This document shows, piece after piece, positions 25,406 to 39,586 of a stretch of DNA of 64,000 nucleotides. The notes beneath the pieces were generated by a model that saw only the letters and a program-made list of their open reading frames with translations, ran no database searches and was not told the DNA's origin. The stretch's first letter is position 1. Each line of letters begins with the position of its first letter. Both the position numbers and the translations under genes were made by a program. Source of the stretch: Lama guanicoe (taxonomy: Eukaryota); the NCBI GenBank assembly GCA_013239625.1, contig MU054212.1, positions 6,360,270 to 6,424,269 of the forward strand, read 5' to 3'.

Positions 25406-27409
25406 GGAGCATCTACAGCCATAAAGAATTGTTGTCATTTACGTACAAATCCAGAGGATTCACAAAGGTTTTTTTTTTTTTTAGAACTGGTCTCACTTGT
25501 TAAGGAGTGTATAGTCCAGCTGGCAGGTGAAGATATGTTGAAGATATGTGTATATACAGGACAAAGTAACTGAATGAAGACTGAGGACATGCACCAAGTA
25601 CATCAGGAGAAGACACAGGGACAGCAGGGGACACTTGCACTGCACCCTCCCGATGCAATGACAGGCTCTGATAAAAGCACAGCCAGGGAAGACAACTCCG
25701 GCTGGGGAATAGTGTAAAGGGAGAAGCATCCAGGATGTTCGGGACACAGTGACGTGACTAATCTAGCTAGTGCGGAAGGTTAGAAAAGATAAGTCTGGAG
25801 AACCAGCCCCTGGGAGGGCTTTGAGCAATAAGTCAGAGAGACAGGTGGCATATGGAGTCTCTAAAGAGATTTGAGGACAGGATATAGTGAAAACACGCCC
25901 TTGGGATGACTGACTAGACCGAGCTAGTCATGATGGGTTTGGGGGAAAGACTAAAATTCAATCTACAAAATGAAGAACACAGCAGATTCGGTGAGATCGA
26001 TATTTGATGAATGACAATCTTAGACCTTCCTTTTCAATTTTCCACAAAGGACGGGAACCAGAAATTCAATTCTGGTAAAACTAGCACAGATCTCACCTGC
26101 CGTGGGGACCACTGGAGGGAGAGGCTGGGCTGGCAGGAGGGTCTGTCTCATCCTCCGCCTCTCTGGCCTGGCCCTCAGGCTCACAGTCATTAATACTTTC
26201 TATAATACTTTCTTTCATAGCTATATGTCCTCTCTTTTTCCATCAAGACTACTCCGACAGCCAGGAAAGAGAACTCTACGACAGGATTTTAGGCAAGGGA
26301 ACTCCTTTGTAATTTTTTTGGAATAAGGATTTTGAAAAGCTTAGTGATCTCTAGGTTACATCCAGTAAAGGAGACTCCTGGGAATTAAAGGCGGACGAAA
26401 CCATTCATTCATCCAATGAAATACTTATTGAACATATGACACGTGTTCTGGACACAAGGAATACAGCGAGGTCCCTTTTCCAAACAGACAACTCTCTGGG
26501 AAATGTAGTGGTCTCCCTCAGAAACACGACGGCAGTCTAGAGCTACACAATTTACGGTTCATAGGTTGAAGTGTCCCGCTACAGACTTTTGAAAAATTAA
26601 CGAGAGCAGAGAAAAAGTCAAGATCCTTCACATAATGAACTATACGCACTAGACAAAGTATAGAATGTATATATATATGTGTATATATAAAAATTAAAGT
26701 GAATTTTTAATAATTCTTTATAATTAAAAAAATTTCATAAGCTGCCACTATTTAAAATGTATTCAAACCACTGGATGTATCCTGAACTCTCAGATCAGTG
26801 CTGGCACTTAGGAAGTGCTTAATAAGTTAGTTAAATGACATTGTTAAACTGAACGGAGCCCCAAGTGAGGCAAGCAGGCAGTTATTGTTTTGATTTAACT
26901 AAAGCAGAGACATCATCTCAGCTGCCTGGGTTCTCAATGCCTCCTCGCAAAGAAGGACACGTCCAGGTATCTGGCCCTCCAATCCAATCCATTTAAAACC
27001 AACCAGGAGGCTTGCTCGTGAAATGGCATCTTGTGAAACCGCGACATCACTGTCACTCACAAATGCAAAGCTCAAGTTGTGCCCAGGATTATTCTAAGAC
27101 ACTGGTGCCCAGAGGCTGGCTACACATACTGACCGTCATTCCAAGATGACAGAGGCGACCTTTGTGTGTGTAACATTTTCATTTTATAAATATCTAGCAA
27201 GAATCCGCACTGAACTAGATGCATTAATTAGAAATGCCTAGGACAAAACGAATCAGAGCTTTCGCTGATAAAATAATCACACACAAAGTGTTCGAGTGTT
27301 CTTTTTCTAAATCATTATACTCTCTAGTTTATAGTCAATTCCTATTCTCACTGTAGAGGAAAAAAATGAGCATATTCAAGTTCCCTTTTTTGGTTTCTTC
27401 TTACCCCTA

Positions 27410-27592
<183 letters not shown>

Positions 27593-27829
27593 TTAGAATT
27601 AGCATCTGTTTACTCCATTCTCTGCAACAAAATTTCATTAGTTAAAACTTCACTAATGCAGAAGTTGACAGTTTATCCAAGATAAGATAAAGTTCACTTC
27701 TGAATTAGCAATAAAAAAGGCATTCTAGACCAAGTTGATGACCATACCCAGGATTCCATAAGAACGTTTTCCATTTATTTGCAAAGAGACTTTCAAATAC
27801 CTCTTTCTATCTTAATGGTTACAAAGTTC

Positions 27830-28070
27830 AATGATAATAAAGCAAACATTTATGAAATGCCAACAATTCATTAGCCACCAATTAAATGCTTTGCATGTAT
27901 TATTTCATGTAATACAATCAACATTATGAGTAGGTATTTCCTTCTTTACAAGTGAGAAAAATCAAGGTTCAGAACGTTATTCTAAGCTCACAGATTTAAA
28001 AAGCAGAAAAGTGCAGATTCAGGCCTCGGTCAGACAGATTACAAAGCTTATGCTCTTAATCACTACAATA
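27830..28070 (-). mobile_element. MIR
   Basis: ataataaagcaaacatttatg...attatgagtaggta...ctcttaatcactac. Confidence 0.6.
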
Positions 28071-28999
28071 TAACTACCAAAAATAAATAATAAACATCTC
28101 TCTGTTTAGCACTTGAGATTAAATACCTGTATCTCCTTTTAAATTTTATATGCTTTGCCAGTTCTCTCTGGCCTCCCACCAAATTTGCCAATCAATTAAA
28201 AATACTGAAGCTTTAATGCATACAAGTGAAATTATTTTTTCATTTAAATATTTTCTAAAGTAACTTTTCAGCATTTGAACCAATGACAAGCTATTTCCAA
28301 AGAGAAATCTAGTGTCTGAAACTTAAAAGATGCCTTTTTTAATGTTTAAATAATCCATCCCATTAGTCCTGGTTTAGTAATTTTAAATGCTTGAAAAAAA
28401 TCACTGAAAAGACTAACTCTTTTATACAGAAAACAATAAGCCTTCCTTATTTTTGCTATTTATTATATCACAATAATTCAAATAACTATTAATGAGTTCA
28501 CTATGTGTTCTGAAATGACCTTTATAGTCATTCTTAAAAGTGTCAGTACTTTTTCAATAAATAAAGCAGAGAAGACTGTCATTATCAACCTAGTTATTAC
28601 AAACATAAGTTATCTAATTTGCTTCCAAATCAATAAGGCAACAATCTTTGAAACAGTCTTAATGCAAGAGTACTTTATCTTTGTCACAGGGAATACAAAG
28701 AGTTAAAAGCTTAATCTGGGGAGAGGGGTTGAGGTGGGCGAAAGAGACAAGCCTGGATGGTTCCTTTGCAGGAGTGGGAGGGCCTGATTCCTAGGGGGAA
28801 TTTTTCAACCACCTCTGCCCTTCACTCTTTGGGAGGACCAGGTTAAGACACCACCAGGGGATCACTGGTACTCATGAGCCCTTTGCATCTCTGAAGCACA
28901 TTAGGGCAGGAAAGATCTGGATCAGAGGCTCCAAAGGAGAAATTATACAGCCCTGTACATGCTCCGCACCAGGAGGCAGAAGAGTGGGAAGGGCACATA

Positions 29000-29235
29000 T
29001 ACAGGAGGCAGCTGTTAGAAGCTCAGGCTCTGAAATCCAGCAGCCCTGGTGTAGTTAAAGCTCTGTCCCCACGGCTGTGTGGTCCTGGCCAGGAACCATC
29101 CTCTCTTCACTGGGACGGGGGTCCCTGCTTCACAGAGTGGCTGTGAAGAGATGCAGTGATGGCGACGGAGAAGGTGTAGCACAAGCCTGTCCATGTTTTA
29201 TGAGGAACAATCAGGAAATGTCAGCTATTAATTTT
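29000..29235 (+). mobile_element. MIR
   Basis: tcaggctctgaaatcc...ctgtgtggtcctggcc...gctgtgaagag. Confidence 0.45.
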
Positions 29236-29484
29236 ATTGGAAGCTTTTCCTTCCTAAAACTCAATCCTTAAATAAACATTATAGTTTCAGTCCCTTCTAC
29301 AGGTGAGGAAATTACCTTCAGAGCAGGGAAGAAACTTACTCAAAGCTGCACGGCTAGAAAGTGGCAGAAAACGGACTTCCTCGTCCCTCTCTCTCCCCTG
29401 CCCTTCCAACATCACAGTCCTTTGCCTTGAAAACCACCAACAATAATCCAAGAAACAGGGAGAAACTGATCTTCAGCTTCAAGT

Positions 29485-30240
29485 CTCACTCATTCACTCA
29501 ACCAGGATGACAAGTGCTGCTCTGAGTGCCTGGGGTACATCAGGAAACAAAACACACACCCCTGCCCCAGGACACTCACTACCCACCAGGAAGGAGACAG
29601 ACAGCACCATTAACAAAAACGAATGATGAAATTGTGAATCACAACGTGAAAAGTGCTAGGGGAAAAACACAAGGGATCAGAAATACACAAGAAAGGAGGG
29701 CCACTTGCAAGTTTGTCATTTTAAGATATTCCTCATTCATCTATCCAACAAAGCATGTGCTTATTTTGCCTTTTTAAAGAAAAACAGCTTTATTGAGGTA
29801 TAACTGATATACAAAGAACGTCACATATTTAATGTGTATACTTTGATGATCCACAAACACTTACTGAGTACCTTCTGCGTGCAAAGCAGTGGAGGAGTGA
29901 GCAAAAATATAAAGGAGACCTGGTCTCTGCGTTCTCCTGGGTGAGGTGTGTTCACGTGTAGTTTCAGGCAAGGTAGGGCGAGATGAACGAATGTTATGCA
30001 AGAGGAATAAGATACGGAGAGTGGAGATGGGGAATTTAGCAGAAAAGATCGACAAAATTTTAACAGGAATATATAGCATTTGGGCTGATCCTTCTATGAA
30101 GAGTGAGTTGGGCTTAGACCAGAGGGAGGCAATGGGGAGCCACTGAGGAGTTTTGGGAAACAGAATGGCTAAAACTCTGCTTTAGGAAAATTAATCTGGC
30201 GGTTCTACAAAAGATGGATGAGAGAAAGGAGAAACCCGGG
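29485..30240 (-). mobile_element. L2 fragments with a short L1M 3' tip (29772-29849)
   Basis: cactcattcactcaacc and tcattcatctatccaacaaa L2 tails; acagctttattgaggtataactgatatacaa L1M end; ggagccactgaggagtttt. Confidence 0.5.
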
Positions 30241-32178
30241 CCATGGGGTGTATGCAGGAAACTCAGAGGGAAAACACAGTGCCATTCAGAGAAAAAAGAA
30301 AAAAGTCGTTTTCTGCAACTAAATTGCTAAATCATAAAAACTGTTTTAATTTTATTCCACAGTGGGCCCTAAAGAGGCAGCCAAGAAACAATTGCAGTCA
30401 AGTTAATCAAAATGAAAATTTAATGTTAAATCCTACTGCTTGCTGAGGTAGTAAACGGTGTATCAAGAGGATTCAGAATGATTTTTTGAAGCCATAAAGT
30501 TGTAAGAAACCAATGCCTATTTTTGAGCTTATGTCTTTTTTATTTTTTTTAAACAACTGAACCAAGTGCCTGCTGGAGGCAAAATTAGTTTTACAAAAAT
30601 TGTCTAGAAGCAAAGCTTAATATAATTACTTAAAATATCTTAGGGCAGGTCACTACCGGAGACACTATTCAAATGAATTCATGGAGTAAACAATTTTTTG
30701 TGATATAATTATCCTGTTGTTTAAGTACTATGTATAACATACTAAAAAAATTATATATTTAGCTCAAAGATGTAGTAACAAGAACTCTGAAAGAACAGAG
30801 TGTTAAATTCCAAAATATGTTAATACCATCCTGAAATTTCCCCACATGTCCTGGGATATATTTTATTTGCCTGGTTTGACCTTGATCCCCTTCAACATTG
30901 TCTCACATACCCGTTAAAATTTTTAATGTTAAGAGAGCATGAACCCATGAGTCCTTTAAAGTAAGTCTGCTCAAAAAAAAAATCAACCTTAAAATTTTAA
31001 ATAAGTATTTATCACCTGGACACGCACACACACTGTTCCTTTGTCTGCTGGGCAACGTGATCTCTTGATTCACCTTTCTGGTCACTCCTGCTCTCAGTTT
31101 TCCATCCTTTACGTTAACGGTAATTGCAGGAGTTAATTAAGGTCTCACCCTTAGCCTGTTCACTTTTTCTCCCTCCTTTACAACTGTATACATCTCTCAA
31201 GGATCCACTCAGTGATGGACAATTCCCAAATCCACGCGTCCAGTTACTAACTTCTACTCTGAACTCAGAGTCCACACTGTATGTTACACATTTCTCCCTG
31301 GACATCCCTTGCCAGTCATTCAGGCATTACACATTCATTCAACAAACACGTATCAAGGACCAGCCCAGTTCTGGGATCTGATAATAGAGTAGCGAACCAA
31401 ATAGCTGCTCTCATGGATTTATCCTCTTAGCTGGGGTTTCAATCTTCGTTCTTCACGCTTTCAATTGATTTAAATATTGCCGCAGATAAAAACTTTAGCA
31501 CTGCTCCTCTTATTCTTCTGCTCATATCTGCATCAGTGGTTCCCATCCATAATGAGGTTTTACTTCCTTGGCCCAATACTCGAGGCCCCCATGATCTAGC
31601 TGCAAAGATTCTATGCCCCATGTCTCCCACACCATACATTAGAGCCCAAAGAACCCCATTCTCTGTTCCACTTACATGCTGCATTTTCACACATCTGGGC
31701 TCTCCCCTCCTTCTCTTTCATTTGCCTGAGCCTTGATCTCCCAATCCCTACTTCCTCACTACTCATCCTACTTGCTCCTGAAAGACTAGCTCAAATGCTA
31801 CCTCCATGAACGTCTTCCTGCTACAAATCCCAATATTTCTCATTTAAACAGTACTCATTTTGCAGCTCGGCTTATATTCTATGCTGAAGTTATAAATTTC
31901 TTTTAGAGCTATGAGCACAAGGAATTCAGATTGACTTTTTAGAGTTCATATATATTTGAGTGACATAATAAAAAAAATGAACACTATGAGAATTATAAGC
32001 ATTTTTTTCCCTTCTAAAACTAGTCTTTGCATCCGTCAAGGTTGAGAAACATGGAGTTAAGGAACAGCTATTCAAGACCATAAATGCTGTTGGAGGAGAT
32101 CCTCTCTAAATCATCCAGTCTTGCCAGCATCCACAGCAATGCAATGAAACAGCCCAGATTCACTGCCTCATGGCTGTT

Positions 32179-32505
32179 TATTTTTTAATTGAAGCATAAC
32201 TGACATAACATTATATTAGTACAACACAATGATCTGATTTATCATCTGATATATCACAAAATGATCACCCGACCATACATAGTTACAAATGTTTTTTCTT
32301 GTAATGAGAACTTTCAAGATTCACTCTCCTGGCTACTTTCACACGTGCAGTACAATATTACTAACTGTAGTCACCATGCTGGATATTACATTCCCATGAC
32401 TTATTCATTTTATAACTGGAAATTTATACCTTTGGACCCGTTTTCACCCATTTCACCCACTCACCCAGTCCCCGCCCTCAGGCAAACACCTGTTTTGTTT
32501 TGCTA
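32179..32505 (-). mobile_element. L1MA9-like 3' end
   Basis: taattgaagcataactgacataacattatattagt...ccatacatagttacaa...tcattttataactggaaattt. Confidence 0.75.
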
Positions 32506-33666
32506 TTTAAGCATTCTATAATAACATGTATCTTTATTTAGAATATCCCATCCCAACACTGAATCTTACGTTTTTTTTTTAACACTGCTTGTAATTATCT
32601 TAGCTTTGTCTGGACTGTAATTAAATGCACCAAAGTTGAATGTAGCGTTAGTGCATAATGATAGTCCTTTTATACATGCATTACTTAGAATGTGTCTGAA
32701 TCAGTTCAAGTAGTTATATAGAAGGTCTGTCACAGTAGAATCCAAATCTCTGTTAAGTGCTTTTTAAATTTTTAAACATGAAGACGAAGTATGAGAGCAC
32801 TCAGATGACAACTGGTAACGTTTTGACATTAAACCTTTTAACTAACTGCTGATGAATTTCGTATTAAGGTTGGGCTGAGTCCAGAGAACAAAGCAGATAC
32901 ATCCCCTTGTTGGTCTGTTTTTGCCCATTCTCATGTCATGTAGAACAAATGTGTGATCTTACACAATTCTCTATTGGGAAATTTTGGCAGCTGGTAAATT
33001 AAAGTGTTTTTGATTTTCCACATTTGTGTCTCATTGTTTGCGGTACTGCATTTCACATCAGAATAACGGGCTCAGCCAATGGTTTGGGGTGTTTTCTCTA
33101 CAGAAGGTGTACACTTTTAATCCTTAACTCCTAGACTCCTTGACCCTACTTTGCATAAAAATATATATTACTTATATTACAGATTAATTTTTCTTTTTTA
33201 AAAGTATGCTCTTACCCCTGATTAGCTTGGTTTCTTCTCAGGACGCTGGTAGAACCCTATCTGTGGTGGGTCCTCACATATCTGTTGACTGACTAATATG
33301 GCTCTGTTGGAATACTTTGATTTGTTGATCCATGTAAAATGAGAATGAGATTTACTGAACTTGTTTGTTTTGGTCTGTTATGGACATAATCTGTTCCTTA
33401 TGTCAGAGCTAAGTCTAGCCAACAATGGGTAAATTCATAGGTTCTATGATATCTGTGTCGCTCTTACTACAGATTTAACTGAACAGTTGGGCACTGCTGT
33501 ATTATTTTACCAACGTTCAAAGGAAGGCTGGTCGAGTGATAACATTGTACGTGTGTGCTTCCTCATTATTAATAAATCGTGTTGCTTAATTTTCATTATG
33601 TGTTTACTTGACCTTGCAATCGTTTCCATATAGAAATGAAACCTACTGAATTAAATACTCAAACTA

Positions 33667-33835
33667 AGACCTGCTGAATAGCACAGGGAACTATATTCAA
33701 TTTCTTGTAATGAGCTGTAATGGAAAATAATTTGAAATAAATATATATATGTATATGAATAATTGAATCATTTTGCTGTACACATGAAATTACTATTATA
33801 ATCAACTATACTGCAATAAAAAATAAGAATTAAAA
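33667..33835 (+). mobile_element. 5'-truncated L1 3' tip
   Basis: Perfect 14-bp TSD aaatactcaaacta at 33653-33666 and 33836-33849. Confidence 0.9.
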
Positions 33836-33914
33836 AAATACTCAAACTACTGCATTTCTCTTACAACTTAAGACATTTTTAAAAAATACCTTTGACGGCA
33901 GGGGCTGATTACCA

Positions 33915-34185
33915 GGCAGGTTCCCTCTTCTTTCCAATGCCCCTTGCGGCTAAGTGGTGCAATGCCATTAAGTGCTAAGCCGATGTGTGCGAGCAGAAGT
34001 GACATTTCCCACTTCCTGTCCTGGCCTTACCCATGAAAACTGCCCACATCCTTTATGCTCCTTCCTTGGCCACAGGCTGAATATTGATTCCCAGAGGGAT
34101 CCTGGGACAAGCTGAAGATTGCACAGTTGCCAGCAGTCTGGGCTTCTTAATTAATATACAGTGGCACAAACCACCTCTCCCCATT
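33915..34185. mobile_element. Old ERVL LTR (LTR16/LTR33-like) remnant
   Basis: ccccttgcggctaagtgg...gagcagaagtgac...ccacttcc...cctggcc...aaaactgccc. Confidence 0.5.
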
Positions 34186-36364
34186 TGGTATCAATAAACC
34201 CACATGGTCCTTTTTCATTTCCGAGCTCTCACAAATGGATATATTTAACTACCAGATGAAATTGAAGGTATTCCCCCCCCACCTTTTTTTGTTTTATAGT
34301 TTGCAGTAAGAAATAAGGGCAGCTCCATTTTCTCAGACCTCTCCTTGTACATAAAACCTTTTTCTTTTTAAAAACAGGTTATTATTTCAGGCTAATAGGA
34401 AGCTTTACATCAAGCATGACTGTTGACTTAACCACAATAACTTGTAGCAGGTTTTTTGCTGCTTTTGTTGTTATGATTCACCTTTAACTTAGAAAGTAGC
34501 AGATTGCTAGACATCCACAATATCTCACTCACTCCTCGTCCTTGGTAATAGCCAAGTATTCCTAATGTGGAGAGAAAAATAATGTGTTTCTGTATCAATG
34601 GCAAAAGCAAGAAAAAAAAAACCCATGAAGAAAATGGTGAAGCAACTTTCCTAGAACTTAGCATCAACAGGAGACTTTAATGTCAGGGTCAAGTACCTCA
34701 GTGGTACCCCATGCTGAGTGCCATGGAGAGGAAGTCACTCCACGGCCAATGAGTTATGCATCTATTGGACCATTACTAAGACTCATGACCCAGTAACCGA
34801 TTCTCAGCTCCTCCCCTTGTGTCTCATTTTGGCCATGAGTCTGCATCGTAGAAATTCTAGCATAACCCACGATTAGGAGCTCCCTGTTCTCTGAAAATGA
34901 GTAAGAATGTCAAAGAAAGCAACTTAATTCTGTGAAGCACAATCTATAATACTATGCCAACCCAATCAGGAGGGTTTATTGACTAAAGTACCAATCAGTT
35001 CCTTGACTGACTAAAACTATCAAAAGTTTAGAAAGATAAAACAAATGCTAAGAAGCCACTAAGTCCACACAGCACGTGTCTTTCCTCAGAAGCACACAGG
35101 TATGAAATCACCAGGAACCCTCGTCTGCTCAGCTAGCTCATCAGCTCTCTTTCCCTTCTGGCTTGCATTCCATCAGATAACCAGGCACAGAATAGGTATA
35201 TACCAATTGCTTTCTGAATGAATAATCCTGGGTAGAAACTGGTGAACATTCACATTAAGTACGTCTAAGTACAAATTAGGCACTAAGGTCTTCTTCAATA
35301 TTTAAGTCCCTCAAGGAAGGCAGAGTATTTAAGAAAGGCTGTTTTTTTTTTTTAACGTATCTTCTATTGATCTCATCCCACCCTAACTAAACATCCATAA
35401 ATCTCCACTAATATCCTTTCTTTTGATAAATAACCCTGTTCAAGGGTCCAAAGACTGTAACCTTGAGTTCAAAGCAAGTGAAAGAGTTTTTACATTTTAT
35501 GGTTTACTGTGAAATCCCAAGAAGAGGAGAAGGAAATAGAGATTAATTCAGACAAAGCACTAAGGGGTGGTGGCGTCAAAGAGCTTCATGGTGAAATCTA
35601 AGGAAAAGGAATGTATGAAACAAAAGAGAAAGATGCTTTAAAAAGAGAGCGAGATTAAGGGTATATTATTACCTCTTTTCAGATGAACCCTGGGACAAAA
35701 TTCTCCCTTTGCAACGGCAGGTTTACCAGGAATAATAGAAACAGAAGTTTGCCTACTTAAGTCAAATCTGAAATTTTATGCTCTGAAATTCTGGACTGTA
35801 CCTAGTATTTAAAAGATAAGAATTCTATGCCAGGTGATTTTTTGAAAAACAGGTAAGCAGTTGTAGTATCAGTATTTCTACAAATACTGGAAATATACTA
35901 AGTCTTTTCGTACAGTGCCTGTGGACGTGTCGCGGAATCACATTTCTGGCAGGTGAGGAAGGGGGCTCAGATTTTTATAGGAAAATAACACTGGCAATCG
36001 ATTAAAAGACAGTACATAGATAACCCTCTCTCCGTTAAGTCTGATACACCCTGTGTGTCCTCCAGGGTTGAACACTGAACATAGGATGATGCCCCTGGTA
36101 GGTGTGACGTCTGTATTTACCACACAGCCGCAAGGCAATGTTCACACCAAAAAAAACCACACAGAGACCAAGCATCGGAACAGGCAGGCAGCATCTCAGG
36201 CTCTTCTGGACACCAAGCTCGGAGAAGGGAGAGCTGGCAAAGGCACCAGGCACAATCCAAGGATCCCCGCTTCCTGCCCTCAGCTCTCTGCTTCCACTAA
36301 TTCAAATGAGTGCACAGTGACTCCACATGTCAGGTGGAAGGTGGTGTGGGATCTCAAAACAGCC

Positions 36365-36570
36365 TAAGATCTGGAGCCAGATTTAAGTTTGCATAGAGAT
36401 TCTAATATTTACTAACTGCATGGCTGTAAATTACTCAGCTTCTTTGAGCCTCAGTGTTAGCGCATTTAAAATGATGCTAATAGTACTGAAAGGAAGTTGG
36501 GATGATTGCGTGAGGATAAATATATAAAGGGCTCAGGATAGTCCTGTGCAGATAGAAGGCTTGTGAAAAA
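36365..36570 (+). mobile_element. MIR
   Basis: tctggagccag...cttctttgagcctcagtg...aaaatgatgctaatagtac. Confidence 0.65.
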
Positions 36571-39036
36571 TACGACTTTGACTTATTTCCTTCCTTAATG
36601 AGCTCCCTTTCTTTTATTAGCCAAGCTCAAGTACACAACACAGCTTCTCTGTCTAATGAGAAAATGCCCGGCTAAAGTGTAACAATTTACATTTGATCCT
36701 TCATATCAACTATTAAAATAAAGGGGTGATTTTCACCAGGTATAAATGTCATGTTAAATCCAACAGTTTTATTTCAGACTCACAGGATTTTCAGTCATTT
36801 TTAGTTTCGATAGTGGTTTAGAGTTCCTTGAGCTTTAGTACAGGACAAATAAAACAAATATAAAATACTGAAGAATAAAACTAAAAAACGCAATTCACTG
36901 CTATAAGTTACACCAAAAGATACATTCTTAGAAGAACGTTTGAATTGCATACTGACCGTTTTTAGAATTTTCTCACTTTGAGTGGATTTCCAAAAATCCT
37001 GCATAGCCTTAAGAAGAAAACTAAACAAGATTTTGAAAAAAAGAAACAAAAGACTCACACACATGCCATTCTTGAAAATCTAATGCTGTGTCCAATGTCA
37101 ACATGCAAAACCACTAAATTTTAATATTCCCTGTACACATAAAAGAGGGGTAATGAGAAAAATGCAAGTAACACCTGAAGTTTCTGTTTTTCCTGAGCTG
37201 CCCTGAAGGCAGAAGCTAGACAATGCTTCACCTCTATGACTTTAAAATACATGTAACAAAAAAGCTCAACGTGAAAAAAACATCAAATTAAAATACTGGA
37301 AATTAACAGTCAAAAACTTAAAATCAAATGACCAAATTTTATAGACAGGTCTAGAAAGATATCGTAAACTTACAAGAAGTACATACTGTCTCTGATAAGT
37401 AGGGCACAACTTCTTAAAATAGAACTGGAAAACAAATCAAACCAAAAAAAACCAAAAAAACAAAAAAAACCCTTTCTTCATAAAAAAATCTAAAAAATAA
37501 CTACCCCCCAAACCAGGAGTTTACAGATATTGCTGGAAAGACATCATCAATTAAATTGGCTACTTACATCCCCTAACCAATCATATCGTCTACAGATAAA
37601 GTATTAGTACAAATTTCCGAGGCAAAAAGTAACAAGAAAAAAAATCACTTTGACACTGAATCCTCTGTACGTACACAAGGCCATTTCCTGAACGTGTAAT
37701 CTGAGACAGGGACTATTTAGTTGGCTTGAGGAAAGGCAAGATACAGCTGTAGGAGTTCTCAACTATATTATGTACACATACACTTTTTAAAATTAAAAAC
37801 CGATTCGAATGGATCAAAATTATGTTGGCAATTATACATCAATGGTCACGATTCGCCAAGTTTCAGTTATGTTCAATTTAAATAACATTTGAAAGGTTTT
37901 CACAAACATGAACAAGTAATGTGTAGCACAGTCTGGCTCAATAAATCAGGGCCCCCCCCCGACCGAGCTCCATCAGTGAGTCACTGTGTGAACATGACCA
38001 AATGACTCAGAATGTGCTAAACTCGCCCAGCTAGATACAGTTGGAATATAGTCAGGCATATATAAATATATTGAATTTTTTTCAGACAAGGGCAAACCTA
38101 ATTAAAGAAATTTATCCAAATAACATGGATACATTAAAAATGAAGATGGATAACCTTCTACCCATTCCATTCTCCCTTCCTGGCCTAAGAAATCAAGAAA
38201 TCATTTTATCCAGGGGACCCGGGTCCAGAATGTTATTCCACTAACGTAATAAAAAGATAGAGGGAGAATGTTTTCTTCCATTTCAGTATTTTGTTTTTGA
38301 GATGCAAGAGAAATAAATACTAGGAAGAGGGACCAAATAAAACCAAGGAGACTAAAATAGAGCAATCACATACCTATAATAAAACTGACAGCCTGCGTCC
38401 TTCCCCCCCCAAGTCAGGCGGTCAAAATGAGGTATCTTCTCCTTGGCATACTTACAGACTGCACTGGTGGGACACTGATGTCCACGTCAGGTCAAGTGCT
38501 CCTCGTTGCTGTGTTCCATAAACACCCGCCAGCCCGTCCCACACGTCTCTTTCTGCTCTACATCCCAATCCCACCTCTGCTGTGGGATAGCCACGTCCTA
38601 TGCTTTTGCCTTCTTCTACGCGTGAAATGGGAATGACAGACCCACTCCAATGGATAACCTGAGAAACATCTTCTATAGCAGTTGCTATACCATTGCCAAG
38701 AGTTAAGTCAATAAAGTGAAACGGAACAGAAACTACATTCTCATGTCACTTCAAGCACGATGATACTTTAACAACATGGAAAAGGTTGAGGCCCTCCCTT
38801 CCGATCTCCCCACAAAGGGCTAGGACCCATACCCATCATCACAATAAGACATAACCAGTAAGCTTGGGCTCAGGGTTTTACAAACAAAAGAGGGAAAAGA
38901 AATAGGATTCTACTTAATTCAGTGTAGTCATGGCTATGAGGGCAACAGGTGGAAAACACACTAAGCTTGAGAGATGGTAACACTGCAACTCTGAAGACCA
39001 ATAATCAGCATTAGTAGAGAAACAGAGCAAAGACAG

Positions 39037-39586
39037 TGTATTAGTTTTCTACTGCTGCGTAACAAACTGCCACACACTTAGCAGCTTGTACAGAGGTCAG
39101 AAATCTGGCAAGGCATGGCTGAGTTCTTTACTCAGGGTGAAATCAAGTGGCTGGCTGGCTGGATTCTCACCTGAAGCTCAGGGTCCTCATCTACACTCAT
39201 TTGTGTTGTTGGCAGAATTCCGTTGCAGTTGTTTTTTTCTTGCTGGAGACTACTTACTCTAGACTTGTAAAGGCTGCTCTGAGGTCCTTGCCCTGCGGTT
39301 CCCTCCTTATCTAGGGACAAGAATCTGCCTTGTGCAGAATCCCTCTCATGCTTTGAGTATCTCTGACCTCCTCTTTCGTAACCAGCCAGAGAAAACATGT
39401 CAGTTTTAAATGGCTTGCCCTGATTAGGTTGGGCCCACCAAAGCTAACCTCTCAACCTCAAAGTCAACTGATTAGGGAGCTTAATTACATCTGCAGAATT
39501 CCCCTTTGCCATAAAACGTAGCACCATCGGGTATAACACTAGGGGATGGCGATCAAGGGGGCCTTCTTAGAATCCCGCCTACCACA
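39037..39586 (-). mobile_element. MaLR solo LTR (MLT1D/E-like)
   Basis: tgtattagttttctactgctgcgtaacaaactgccacacacttagcagc...cctaccaca; 5-bp TSD gacag at 39032-39036 and 39587-39591. Confidence 0.88.
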
